Part shown: positions 13,712-26,355 of the stretch, piece after piece
How positions within the stretch are numbered: position 1 is the stretch's first letter
Layout: every line of letters begins with the position of its first letter
NCBI GenBank assembly: GCA_951406725.2
Contig: OX597821.1
Coordinates: 95,852,001-95,916,000, forward strand
Length of the DNA stretch: 64,000 nucleotides
DNA from: Octopus vulgaris
Lineage: Eukaryota
Direction: 5' to 3'
Program-made: the position numbers and the translations under genes
The notes under the pieces: generated by a model
What the model saw: only the letters and a program-made list of their open reading frames with translations
What the model was told of the DNA's origin: nothing
The model's database searches: none

Positions 13712-14099
13712 CTAGTGGGAGGAGAGAAAGAAAGAAATAAACAAACAAGCAAGCAATTAAACAATAAACTGCTTCTTAGAAATTAATTGCTGAGATTTTA
13801 ATTTAAATTTTTTTTAACACTGTTTAGTCAGAGGAGGAAGGGTCTCATCCTTGACCCATTTCAGGGTCACAGAAACTGACGGGCAGAAACAGTTATTGTC
13901 AGACAGAATGCTTACATCAGAGTGAGCTTTGCTAAAGGTACCCATGGACCAGGTGGTAGCAAATAACATTAAGTATAATAATCATTCAACATATAAATCA
14001 GATTTCATTTTCACCAGGAAATGAGACGGGGTAGGCTATTGTAAAAACTGGAACCTTTTCCTGTGAAGGATGCTCTATTTAAATCAGATTAGTGAGTAG

Positions 14100-15887
14100 T
14101 GACTTTTGAGTCAGAGCTATACAGTGACAGAAAACAAGAAACAAACAACCCTGCAGTTGATCTTGATTATAAGTTTAAATAAATTCTAGTTGACATAACA
14201 TGAAAATAGGGAGAGAGACAACAATTGGGAATTCTTGCTAGTGAAATGTCACAGTAAATAGAACAATAAAAGGTAATAGAAATTCTGGGCAAGTCTGGAA
14301 GGAAGTTGAATGCAAAGAGCATTAAGAAGTAACTAGAAAGGAGGTTAGGTATTAAGACGGCGAGCTGGCAGAAACGTTAGCACGCCGGGCGAAATGCTTA
14401 GCAGTATTTCGTCTGCCGCTATGTTCTGAGTTCAAATTCCACCGAGGTTCGACTTTGCCTTTCATCCTCGATAAATTAAGTACCAGTTACGCACTGGGTC
14501 AATGTAATCGACTTAATCCATTTGTCTGTCCTTGTTTGTCCCCTCTGTGTTTGGCCCCTTGTGGGTAGTAAAGAAACAGGTATTAAGTATTCTTAGCATC
14601 AAGGAAAGCAGAAAAGAAAAGGGTTGAATATGTTCTGCAGTGTGAAGATTTGAAGTATAAACTTACCAGACTGTAAGGTAGTGTACCACAAAAAAACCAA
14701 GATCTCATAGGAGAGAAGAGAATTTTGAAAGGATAATAGAGGCACACTTGTCTTCATTGCTGATGACAAAAATGAAGCTTAGGAGTGCTTTTATGAGAAG
14801 TTGTTGAACAAGGGGAATGCATAGAATAAAGAAAGTCTAACCTCATGCTGACCCAACAGAGGAACTGACAATTCAAGTTGAGAGCAGTATGATACATAAA
14901 GCAATTACAGGTCTGAAGGTAAGGAAAGTTGTTTGCTCATCAGCAATTATGCCTGATGGGCTAAATTGCTAATCAGGAAACCGTCATAAAAATGGCTGGT
15001 GTAGTAGTAACATTGCAAACTGCTAGAAGAGTAAAGAAGAAGCATTAGGATGAGGAAATTACAGAAACATTAAATGGTTGGAGCAGGCTATGAAGGTCAA
15101 AGAAAAAAATCATAGCACAATTGATTAGGAATAGAATTAGCCTATATAAGATGTAGTTTGGCTTTATGCCTGGAAGAGGTACCACAGATGCCATCTTATT
15201 AGTGAGGTAATTTCAAAAGTACTTAGCTAAGAGCAAGCTATTCTATCTACCTTTTGTTGACTTGGAGAAGGCCTTTTTGAAAGGGTATCATGGCCAGTGA
15301 TGCGGTGGTCATTAAAGAAACAAGATGTAGATAAATGGCTTGTGAAGGCTGCATAAACTGCATACAAATGCACAGTCAGTAAAGTGAAAGTAAGCAGTCT
15401 ATCAAGGTTCAATCCTTGGCTCTTCCTATTTATCATGGTACATCACACAGGCTATCACAACGGAGTTCAGAAATGGCTATCCATAAGAACTTCTATATGC
15501 TGATGATCTGACTCTTTTAGATGAATCTATAATAAATTTAGAGAAGAAATTCCAGATATGAGAGCAAAAATCAAGAATCTAGGGGTCTCATGGTCAACTT
15601 AGCAAAGACTAAGCAATTAGTAAGTAGGAAAGAAGATAGGAGCTTAGTATCATCAGGGAATTGGCCATGCAGGTAGGCTGAAAAGGGGTAGGTAACGATC
15701 TCATATACTGTATCCAGAGTAAACTGTGGACATGCAAGAGATATAGTGGAACTACAGGTAAACTAACAGGCTCTGTTTATGGCAGATGCACTGGAGCAAT
15801 AAGCACTAAGAGTGCAAAAGATATGGATTCTCTTGAATCCTGTCTAGCTCAGTACTAGAAGTAGTTCATAGCTTCTGTTACTCAGGT
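14100..15887 (+). mobile_element. Heavily degenerate RTE-type LINE reverse transcriptase region with nested SINEs
   Basis: GFMPGRGTTDAI, FVDLEKAF, ELLYADDL, VNLAKTK, SFCY motifs with stops; SINEs at 14357 and 15888. Confidence 0.8.
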
Positions 15888-17593
15888 GCTGGCAGAAACG
15901 TTAGCACGCCGGGTGAATTGCTTAGCTGCATTTTGTCTGCCGTTACGTTCTGAGTTCAAATTCCGCTGAGGTCGACTTTGCCTTTCATCCGTTCGGGGTC
16001 GATTAAATAAGTACCAGTTACGCACTGGGGTCGATATAATCGACTTCATCCGTTTATCTGTCCTTGTTTGTCCTCTCTGTGTTTAGCCCCTTGGGGGTAG
16101 TAAAGAAATAGATATAATCTGCAGTGGAGTTGGTTGTTCTGGAAATGATCCATTCAGCATATGCCAGCATAGAAAGTGGACATGAAATGATGATGATGAT
16201 AATGATGATGATGATGATACTTTTATTATACCCATTTCTGATTTCTTCATTCATAATGTTGCTTTTACTGTGAATAATGCTACTTTTCTGTAACCTCTTA
16301 ATTTTCCTGATGAAGGACCAGTGTTTATAAAACTGATTTCTCCTTTATTTCTTCTTCACAACATTATCATATACTTTGTACTGTTATTTGTTGGGGTTTT
16401 CTTTTCCCAAAGATGTATTGGTATTCTAATCCTCAATTTGAAATAGCAAAAAGCAACAGGCTGACTGGTGGGACTTCAACTATACATTTATTGCATGCAA
16501 AGTAACCAGGTTACTTAGTTCGATAAAGGTTTCCTCCCACTCCATTTCCAGAAATTAGGTTACGACTATTGATATAATGATATAAAATAACACTTCTAAC
16601 TCTGGTAAATTTCACATGCTTCTCAGATAATTCACAGTTTACTTAATTCCCAGCAGTTGTTATTTAATGTACAACAGTATAACAAAATGAATTATCACAT
16701 TTTGGTTGGATGTTTATGACATGAAGTAACTCTGAGAATATGAATAATCTTAAATAACATCCAAGATTTTAATGTAAATATTATAAGACATTATAAGAAC
16801 CACAGATTCAATAACAAGGCTTAAGATATGTGTATTACTTACCAGAAGATCATATTGCTATTTTCATTAGAGGGTGTTTGTCATGACTCTGTTATTTTAG
16901 CCATATCTAACTAAATAACACAAGGCATTTTCACTGACATTCAATTAATTAGCTCATACACAGTCCTATTATAAGAAAATAATAATGATCTCCGGTACAT
17001 AATTGGTACATAATCACTCACTAGTACAAGCCGATATATTTAACTGGCCCAATTCATTTTGTTGTAAGTAGGTGCCATAAAGTGGGACCAGAGTGCTTCA
17101 TTATAAACACATATCATATTACCATAGTCAACAGACCATTACCAGGTGAAGTTTTGCCATCACTGATCTTTAAGGAGTTAGTCTGAGTAAACAAAGGCCT
17201 CTGAGTAGTCATCTGACTAGCTGGAAATAGCAGTGAAATTCCCTTCAAATTTTATCTTAGTGTCTTAAAAAGAAGGATGGTTTAAACAATATAGTCCCAA
17301 AATAGTGTGTCTGCATACATTTTACAGCTACTGCACAAAGGAAAAAAATGTGTATACACAGTTTTCAAGATGATATTGAATTTTCTTAATTGAAAAAGTT
17401 AGAGAGATGGTTACTTGCACGGATGTGCGTATTACACTACAGTGCAAAACAAATTTTGTGCACAAGCAAATTTCTGAACTTAGATATACAAAAAGATAAG
17501 ATGGTCATGACTGGAATGCCTTCAATGTAAACAACAACAAAGGTATAAAATGACTCCTTGTTTCAGTGCTTTACAAAAAATTTGATTATATAT

Positions 17594-17626
<33 letters not shown>

Positions 17627-17631
17627 TATAT

Positions 17632-17830
17632 AGTTAATCCAAACATGAAAACACAACAACGCGAGGATGTGGAACAAGTATAGTATTATTAGATGCTCAG
17701 GAAAGGAAAGAAAGAAGGAGGATTTAATGTTTCGAGCGGAGCTCTTCGTCAGAAATATAGGAAAAGGAAAGATCCAAGGAAGGGAAGACGGAGAAAGAAA
17801 ATCGCCAACAATACACATGCGGTCACATAT
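17632..17830 (-). mobile_element. (TA)n-embedded hammerhead-bearing element family 2
   Basis: Homologous to 40150-40318 (+) and to the partial copy 44233-44312 (+); microsatellite flanks. Confidence 0.65.
17722..17756 (-). ncRNA. Minimal hammerhead motif, family 2, copy B (sense to intron 9; stem III mutated)
   Basis: Minus strand attt-CTGACGA-a-GAGC-tcc-GCTC-GAAA-CA-TT^aaat. Confidence 0.6.
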
Positions 17831-17877
17831 ACACACACACACACACACACACATAAATATATATATATATATGTATA

Positions 17878-17929
<52 letters not shown>

Positions 17930-18027
17930 AAACACTGCCAGATCAGACTGGGCCTGATGAAGCCTTCAGGCTTCACAGACCCCAGTTGAACCGTCCAACC
18001 CATGCTAGCATGGAAAGCGGACGCTAA

Positions 18028-18059
<32 letters not shown>

Positions 18060-19329
18060 ATATATATATGTAGTGAGAGAGAGAGAGAAATGATAAACTG
18101 AAAGAGAGTGAATTTTAATTTTTCTTTTATAGCTTAATCAAAGGAGGTAAAAAAACACTCAAGAGCATCTTCATGGCCTTTGCACAAGGCAACCAAGGGT
18201 CAGGAGGTGGTTTTAAACTGGGCAAAGATTGAAGCCCCAATCCCTTTTTTGGCTACCATACAGATACCACACAGCAAATTTCATTCAAGCATATGGAATA
18301 AGGTATTTACTGACGGTGTCTAGAACTGGTTTGAACCCAGAATTCTATAGTTTACATGCCACCGGCATGGGTGCTAGTCAGACAGCTGTGGCATCAGCCA
18401 CGACTACGATTTCACTCAGCTCGATAGGTCTTCACAAGCACAGCATATAGTCCACTGAATGAAGGGCCAGTTTCACAAAACAGGCGTCAGCTACGTCTTT
18501 GATCACATTTGGTTTGACTGGTCTTCTCAAGCATGGCATACCACCAAAGGTCTCAATCAATTGTCATATGTTAGTGTGTGTGTCTCAATCGCTTGTCATT
18601 GCCTCAGTGGCATTTTGTCTATCGCTACATTCTGAGTTCAAATTCTGCCAAGGTCGACAGGTGCTTTTCATCCTTTCAGGATCGATTAAAAAAGTACCAG
18701 TTACACACTGGGGCATATGTAATCGACATAATTTCTTCCCCTTGTGCTTCCAGTGGAATGGATTATTAAGGTGGTGAATTGGCAATATTGTAAGCATGTT
18801 GGACAAAATGCTTGGTAGCATTTTTTCTGACTCTTTACATTCTCAGTTCAAACCCTGCTAAGATCAACATAGCTTTTCTTCTTTCTGTGGTTGGTAAAAT
18901 AATTACTAATCAAACACTGGGGTTGATGTAAATTGACTTACTCTTTCCCCTCAAAACTGTAGGCCTTGTGCTAAAATTTGAAACCGTAAGAAAGATGGTG
19001 AGCCGGAAGAATTACTAGCATGTCAGATGGAACGCTTAACAGCATTTTTTAAGACTCTTTTACATTTTGAGTTCAAATCCTGCCAAAGTTGACTTTACTT
19101 TTTATCCTTCTAGGGTCAATAACATAAGTACCAGTTGAGCACTGGGGTTCATGGAATTAATTAATCCCCTCCTGCTATAAATTGCTGGCCTTGTCTCAAA
19201 ATTTGATACTATTATTATTATTATTATTTTCTTGAACATTGTACATATGAAGATTAGATGTAGGTCTATCTACATTCCCAACTTTCAGTATTTTCTTGAG
19301 GAGTTACAAAACAAAAGGTGGTGGCAGGC

Positions 19330-19360
<31 letters not shown>

Positions 19361-19735
19361 TGGGGGTATGTGCTGTAACAACATGTCACTGCATTCACCA
19401 TTTCTTGGTGATTCCTTACTATTCCTGGTGGAGGACACCTTTGCATCAGTTAGGGAACAGCTCTCCAAACCGTGGGTCTGTTTGAGTATTTGTTGCTGTC
19501 AAGGGTTTTACAAGGGCAGAGTACAGCTCCTACCTCAACCTCTTTTAGCCACTTTTTACAACATGCATAGGAAACATTGGGTCTATTATTTGACATGCAG
19601 GTCCCCTACACACACAGAGCTGGAGTAGGGGTGATATTTTAAAAAATGCCATAATGTTTAAAAGACATTGCAAGTAAGAGTTGCAGAACTGTTTCAACAG
19701 ATGGAAAAGAAAAATAATAATAAAACAACCCTTAC

Positions 19736-19826
19736 CTGGATTTCATTTCCATAGTGGGCCACTCATCAATATATCCAGGCAGTCCTTGGAGTTGGATGGC
19801 ACCAATGATTAGGCCAAAGATAAACC
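19736..19826 (-). CDS. DUF389 gene exon 9 (FIFGLIIGAIQLQGLPGYIDEWPTMEMKS)
   Basis: Acceptor ttcatctag|GG; donor AG|GTAAGG; 91 nt, phase 1-2; WPT.EM..R motif. Confidence 0.92.
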
Positions 19827-20192
19827 CTAGATGAATATATATATGTATAATTAAAATATGGAGAAGTATAACCTACAAATGAAGACAGAACCACTTGATC
19901 CTAAGCAACCTCGGTTCATTTTGAAAGATCACAAACAAAATTTTTTTACTAACTCCTCTTCTTAGATATATATATCTAAGAAGAGGGGTGACAATATCTT
20001 TGAAGTTCCAGCTTTCTAGCCTTCAACAGATTGTTTGATAAAAGCTTGTAAGCTGAAACTTTGAAGTCACGGTCACCTCACTGCTTTTAAAAATTTAATT
20101 CTTTAACAAACATGTACTGTACTAAAAAACGTATTAAGCAAGTCTTCAGTTTAATGTTCCAATATTTTTATACATAACTTTACATAGAAATA

Positions 20193-20230
<38 letters not shown>

Positions 20231-20851
20231 TTACATACTCACATGCATATACACACACATATGCATTCACTCACACACTTGGAGACCTTGTCTTAATGAA
20301 TATTCACAAGAGAGTTTGGCACTCTTTTGGTTATGATGACAAGCATTCCAGTTGATTTGATCAACAGAACAGTCTGCTCATGAAATTAATGTGCAAGTGG
20401 CTGAGCACTCCACAGACATGTGTACCCTTAATGTAGTTCTCAGAGAGTTCAGCATGACACAGAATGTGACAAAGCTCACCCTTTGAATTACAGGTACTGC
20501 ACATTCTTGTCAGCTGAGTGGATTGGAGCAATTTGAAATAAAGTGTCTCACTCAAGGACACAATACATCACTTGGAATCGAACCCCTGATCTTATAATCG
20601 TGAGCCGAATACCTGAATCAATAAGCCATGTGCCTTCACACTTGCAAGAGTGTATATCCCAATAAAAGTATTTGTGGGTCAGGTACACATGCATCATATC
20701 ATACTTGACACTCATTTCTCTTCAGACTCTCCTCTGATTTTCCACATCAAACATCAATATCTCACAATCATGTAGAATCACACTTCTTCCACATGTTTCA
20801 CACAGTCTGTACATATCCAACTCGAACAATGAAAGAAAGTATCCAACTGAC

Positions 20852-20957
20852 CACAGATAATGCACAATGCAAGACCAATTGATTCCGACCTCAGACCAAG
20901 ATTTCGTAAAGAATAATTTTGGATCACAATACCAAAAGTCCCTGCCAATATTGGGCC
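20852..20957 (-). CDS. DUF389 gene exon 8 (GPILAGTFGIVIQNYSLRNLGLRSESIGLALCIIC)
   Basis: Acceptor ttttgtcag|GGC; donor G|GTCAGT; 106 nt, phase 0-1. Confidence 0.92.
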
Positions 20958-22525
20958 CTGACAAAAGAACAGGAGAAAAACAATTTTAAAATACACATAA
21001 AACTACAATACACAAAGCATAAAGGTAGAAAAGTCTAGCAAATACAAGAATTAAGTGGAACCTGCACACAGAGTCTTTTCATCCAACACTCAGTGTGAAT
21101 TTGCATCACATCTCTCTCTCTATCTCTCTCTCTCTCCACATAAATCAGCTCATAGCCAGCTGCTCTCTCTAACTATTTTGTGCTCTGCTTTCTATGCAAA
21201 TTAGCATTAGACATTCATGAGACTCTGCTTGTCTCCTTTCTCTCCAGGTTTTTCTTTGACAGACCATTGGGTACATAGGGATGGCTTGCCTGATAACTGA
21301 CCAGTGGTTGTAATACAACAGAAGCTAACTAGTAGCAGGAACTTACACCCCATCACTCAGCTACAGAATTCAATGACTACTACAACCTATTGTCATTGAT
21401 GCCGCTATTGTTAAACAGACATGAACAAACTGATTCTCTCTCTTTTTTTCTGTTGTTGTTGCAATGACAACACTTTTTTAGCTAAGAATTAAATACTTTT
21501 ATATTTGGACTTCATGCAGATTTTTCTTCTGTCAACCAACCAAATATTTTGTCATTATACATCTATATATATGTATATATATATATGTATATTTTGTCAT
21601 TATACATCTATCACTGCCATTTTTACATTTTCATTTTCGTTATAAATGTTTAGTGAGAATAGTGAAGGTGGTGCCTTATGACTTTTGTCCATTCTCAAGG
21701 CCTCCAAGATTGGTGAGAAAGTTATTCGTACACTGACGATCTGACCAAGAGCGATTGTAACACAAATGACCTCCACTAATGGCACCCAAAGGTCATTTGG
21801 TAATTTTAAACTGGAGGATAGATTACTATATTTGATGGCATATAAAATGCACATTTTTATCAAAAAAAGTCTCCAAAAAAAATCACCCTAGATCCTATAT
21901 ATGATGTTGTGGCTATATTACATACTTTGATGCACTAAAAACTTATTTTCCTGAATATGCTAAAACCTGGGATCATCAAATATGCATCTTTTATACACTC
22001 AGATATGATAGGTCTACCACCTAAAATTTGAACTCTAACTAAGTGAAAGGTCATTTTATGCGATATGTAAATTTTTGAAAAGGTATCTTATTATTTCTAG
22101 CTACAAATATTGCAAAGCATTCAATTATATATGTGATAAGCTTGCGACCATAACATAAAGTTAACATCAGTTTTTGATTAATCATAGAACTGATAAACTG
22201 TTATGTTTTTGTGATATCTACCTTATCTTACTGTGATGATATGGATTTTTTAATATATCTACTGCTGAAGATATTCAAATTTTTCTTTACAAATTTTAAT
22301 GTCACATAAAACGGCCTTTTAGTCCTGCTTTCCTGACCATAACATGTGAATTTAAAATCTTTCAACAGCTGCAAACAAAATAAAGTTAGGATGGACAAAG
22401 TGAGAAACATCAATTAAATGCTTCATTATTTGGCTATTACTGTATTATGATAATAATAACTACAGACTTTTTTAGTAAACCTAACAAGCTGTTTAAATAA
22501 CAATAATATATCAAGGTTTACTTAC

Positions 22526-22601
22526 CATCAATGGTGATATCAACATACTGGCTACTAAAACAACCGAACTGTTTTCTACCAAACCAAGAACAGAAATCAT
22601 A
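22526..22601 (-). CDS. DUF389 gene exon 7 (MISVLGLVENSSVVLVASMLISPLM)
   Basis: Acceptor attcttgcag|T; donor ATG|GTAAGT; 76 nt, phase 2-0; family signature GL..NS...VASML.SPLMGP. Confidence 0.93.
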
Positions 22602-23140
22602 CTGCAAGAATGGAAACAGAAATAACTTGAATTCTTTAGTTAAACTTATTTGGCAAGAGAAAAAATCTGAGATTCACTGTTCAAACTAAAAATAATTGGC
22701 TTTAATTGAATCATATCAACTATTGAAAATACATGGTTTCCCATGTTCTTATAAATTGCCTGATCACTAAATGTTTTGTCCATTCAAGATTCTTATCATC
22801 GTAGTCATTCTAAGGTTAGCTTTTCTGAGGAGGTTTAATAAAACTGAATAATGTTAAGAGTAGTCCTTGTACTTTCTAAAAAAAGATCACTCATTCTCCA
22901 CTACATGTCCACTTCCCATTCAATATTTAAACAGTTCGAGTTTCAGAGTTGTCTTGCTTGCCTTTCTTGAAGAGAATTATCAATCATTAGCACTAATTAC
23001 GATTTTGTTCATTTTAGGTATAATTTTAATTGATTAAATACTTTATGGCTTATTACATATACAATAATAGTCTGCACTTAACTATATGTTCTCTGTGTAG
23101 AAAGCATCACTAAGAAGTTTTCCAACAGCAACAATAACAA

Positions 23141-23263
<123 letters not shown>

Positions 23264-23328
23264 CGTCCAACCCATGCTAGCATGGAAAACGGATGCTAAA
23301 CGATGATGATGATGATGATGATATGATG

Positions 23329-23359
<31 letters not shown>

Positions 23360-26087
23360 AGTGAAGACATATATGTGCTACATATCTCATCTCAATTCAT
23401 CCCAAAATGAGGCAAATCTATAGCAAAGTACTCAATAAAAAGACACTGACCACTATCACTCTTTTATACTTTTTAACCTCTCATCATCTGGCACAAAGCC
23501 ACATTACTCAATACAACTTGTCCTCTCAGATGAGGGTTTTCTTGTCTTGCAAGTTACTTGGTAATATTGTTGGTGCTGGTGCCACATGAAAAATACCCAG
23601 TACACTCTATAAAGTGCATCCAGCTATAGAAATCATACCAAAGCAGACAGTAGAGCTTGGCATAGTCTACTGGCTTACCATTTACTGTCAAAGTGTCCAA
23701 CCCATGCCTGTATGGAAAACGGACATTAAATGAAGATGATGATGATGAATTAAAAGAGTTTTAAAGCTATGATTATTGTACAAGTGATATAAATGGAGAT
23801 GATCAGAAAGCTAAGATTATTCCATATAATATGTTCAGAATCTGGGACCATATATGATGTATTGTTTCTGAAGGGAAGAATGGCTTGCTTCTTTATTCAA
23901 GAATGAAAATAATTAGTTTAGGCTGACTGCTAGCAACCTTAACCCTTTTAATACCAACTTGCCAAAGACTATTCCAGGTTCTGCTATACAAATTTCCGGT
24001 TTCAAAGTGGTCTAAATTAAAACCTTCCATTAACATTTCATGTTAATTTATGTTCCAAATACAAGCAGGAGTGGCTGTGTGGTAAGTAGCTTGCTAACCA
24101 ACCACATGGTTCCGGGTTCAGTCCCACTGTGTGGCACTTTGGGCAAATGTCTTCTGCTATAGCCCCGGGCCGACCAATGCCTTGTGAGTGGATTTGGTAA
24201 ACGGAAACTGAAAGAAGCCTGTCGTATATATGTATATATATATATATATATATATGTATATGTGTGTGTGTGTGTGTTTGTGTGTCTGTGTTTGTCCCCC
24301 TAGCATTGCTTGACAACCAATGCTGGTGTGTTTACGTCCCCGTCACTTAGCAGTTCGGCAAAAGAGACCGATAGAATAAGCACTGGGCTTACAAAGAATA
24401 AGTCCCGGGGTTGATTTGCTTGACTAAAGGCGGTGCTCCAGCATGGCCGCAGTCAAAATGACTGAAACAAGTGAAAGAGTAAAAAGAGTAAAGAGTTAAT
24501 AACGACAAATTTATTTTACTAAATTCTTCATTCTTTTCAAAACTGATTGCAATAAAGGCAGTGTATTGTAACAGAAGTATGGTAATGAAAATATGGTAAT
24601 GAACAGTAAATAAACATTAAAAAACTTGAGGATGAATCAAACAAGATTGGCATCAATCACAAGCCATTTCCTTTCACAGATTGTTGAATATTTAATGTGT
24701 TCGATTGGTGTAAACAGAAACTAATGAACTAATATAGGCATAGGAGTGGCTGTGTGGTAAGTAGCTTGCTTATGAACCACATGGTTCCGGGTTCAGTCCC
24801 ACAGCATGGCACCTTGGGCAAGTGTCTTCTACTATAGCCCCAGGCCGACCAAAGCCTTGTGAGTGGATTTGGTAGACGGAAACTGAAAGAAGTCCGTTGT
24901 ATATATGTATATATATATGTATATATGCATGTATGTGTGTTTGTCCCCTCCCCAACATCACTTGACAACTGATGCTGGTGTGTTTACGCCCCTGTAACTT
25001 AGCGGTTCGGCAAAAGAGACCAATAGAATAAGTACTGGGCTTACAAAGAATAAGTCCTGGGGTCGGTTTGCTCGACTAAAGGCGGTGCTCCAGCATGGCC
25101 AAAGTCAAATGACTGAAACAAGTAAAAGAGAGAGAGAGAGCGTAAAGAGCAATAGTTCAATAAATCTACACAAAACTAAGAGTGTTTTATGTGTTTTAGA
25201 GAGAACATCTTCATTCACTGAGAACTGAAGCTAATTTATAGGGAAGAGCTCATTAAGATATCTAAAGTGAATTAAAAGACTTTTAAAGCTATAATCATTG
25301 TCTGAGAAATGGAATGAATTGGATAAAAATAAATAAATAAATAAAAGAATTTTCCAAACAAAGCAAATAAAGCAGATACCTATTTCTTTACTGCCCACAA
25401 GGGGCTAAACACAGAGAGGACAAACAAGGACAGACAAATGGATTAAGTTGATTATATCGACCCCAGTGCGTGACTGGTACTTATTTAATCGACCCCGAAA
25501 GGATGAAAGGCAAAGTCGACCACGGCGGAATTTGAACTCAGAACATAGCGGCAGACGAAATACCGATAAGCATTTCGCCCGGGGTGCTACCTTCAGAATA
25601 TATACATATCTATAGTAATTTTGCAACAGGTATGCATACATAATGAAGAATTTCACTTTGGTTTACTCCCACTACAAAGACATTGCTGGCTGGAGCTCTC
25701 TACAATGGCCAAGGATTGACCAACACTTCAAGAACAAAATTTTGTAGTGTGTGTGTGTGTGTGTGTGCATGTATACATGTGTGTAAGCATATGCCCGACT
25801 AAATGCTTATTTTTCTTGTGTGCACTCTGGTTGTAAACCAGGAACCACTACTCGTGCAGACAGTGTCATTTGTTTACAATCTTCTGTGAAAACATGTCCA
25901 GGTTGTTAAATGTTCAATAGATTATAGGAAACATTACCTCGCTTACAAGCAAGTGAGGATTGGCAACAGAAAGAACACCCAGGTGGTGGAAAATCTGTTT
26001 CAATAATTTTTCATCCAACCCATGCAAGCATGGAAAAGTAGATTGTAAAAGAGAATGAAAATGATGGTCATAATTTTATGATACTCG

Positions 26088-26155
<68 letters not shown>

Positions 26156-26287
26156 TGTGTGTACATATATAACCATAGTTTCTTGGTTGTTCATTTATGT
26201 CCTGATTACTGATATTCTACTTAGAAATCAGTTGAGGATCTATAAGGATTTACACAACTAGTGACTGAAGTGTATTTATATACTAAC

Positions 26288-26355
26288 CTTGCTAAAATTA
26301 TGAGCATACAATAGTCAAATGTAAAAACAGCACCAGCACGGACGGAATCTACCAC
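26288..26355 (-). CDS. DUF389 gene exon 6 (VVDSVRAGAVFTFDYCMLIILA)
   Basis: Acceptor ttctcttccag|GTG; donor AG|GTTAGT; 68 nt, phase 0-2. Confidence 0.9.

Noticed and set aside
17522-18003. YIYI/CVCV/THTH ORFs here and at 35358-36070
   Set aside because: Microsatellite translations
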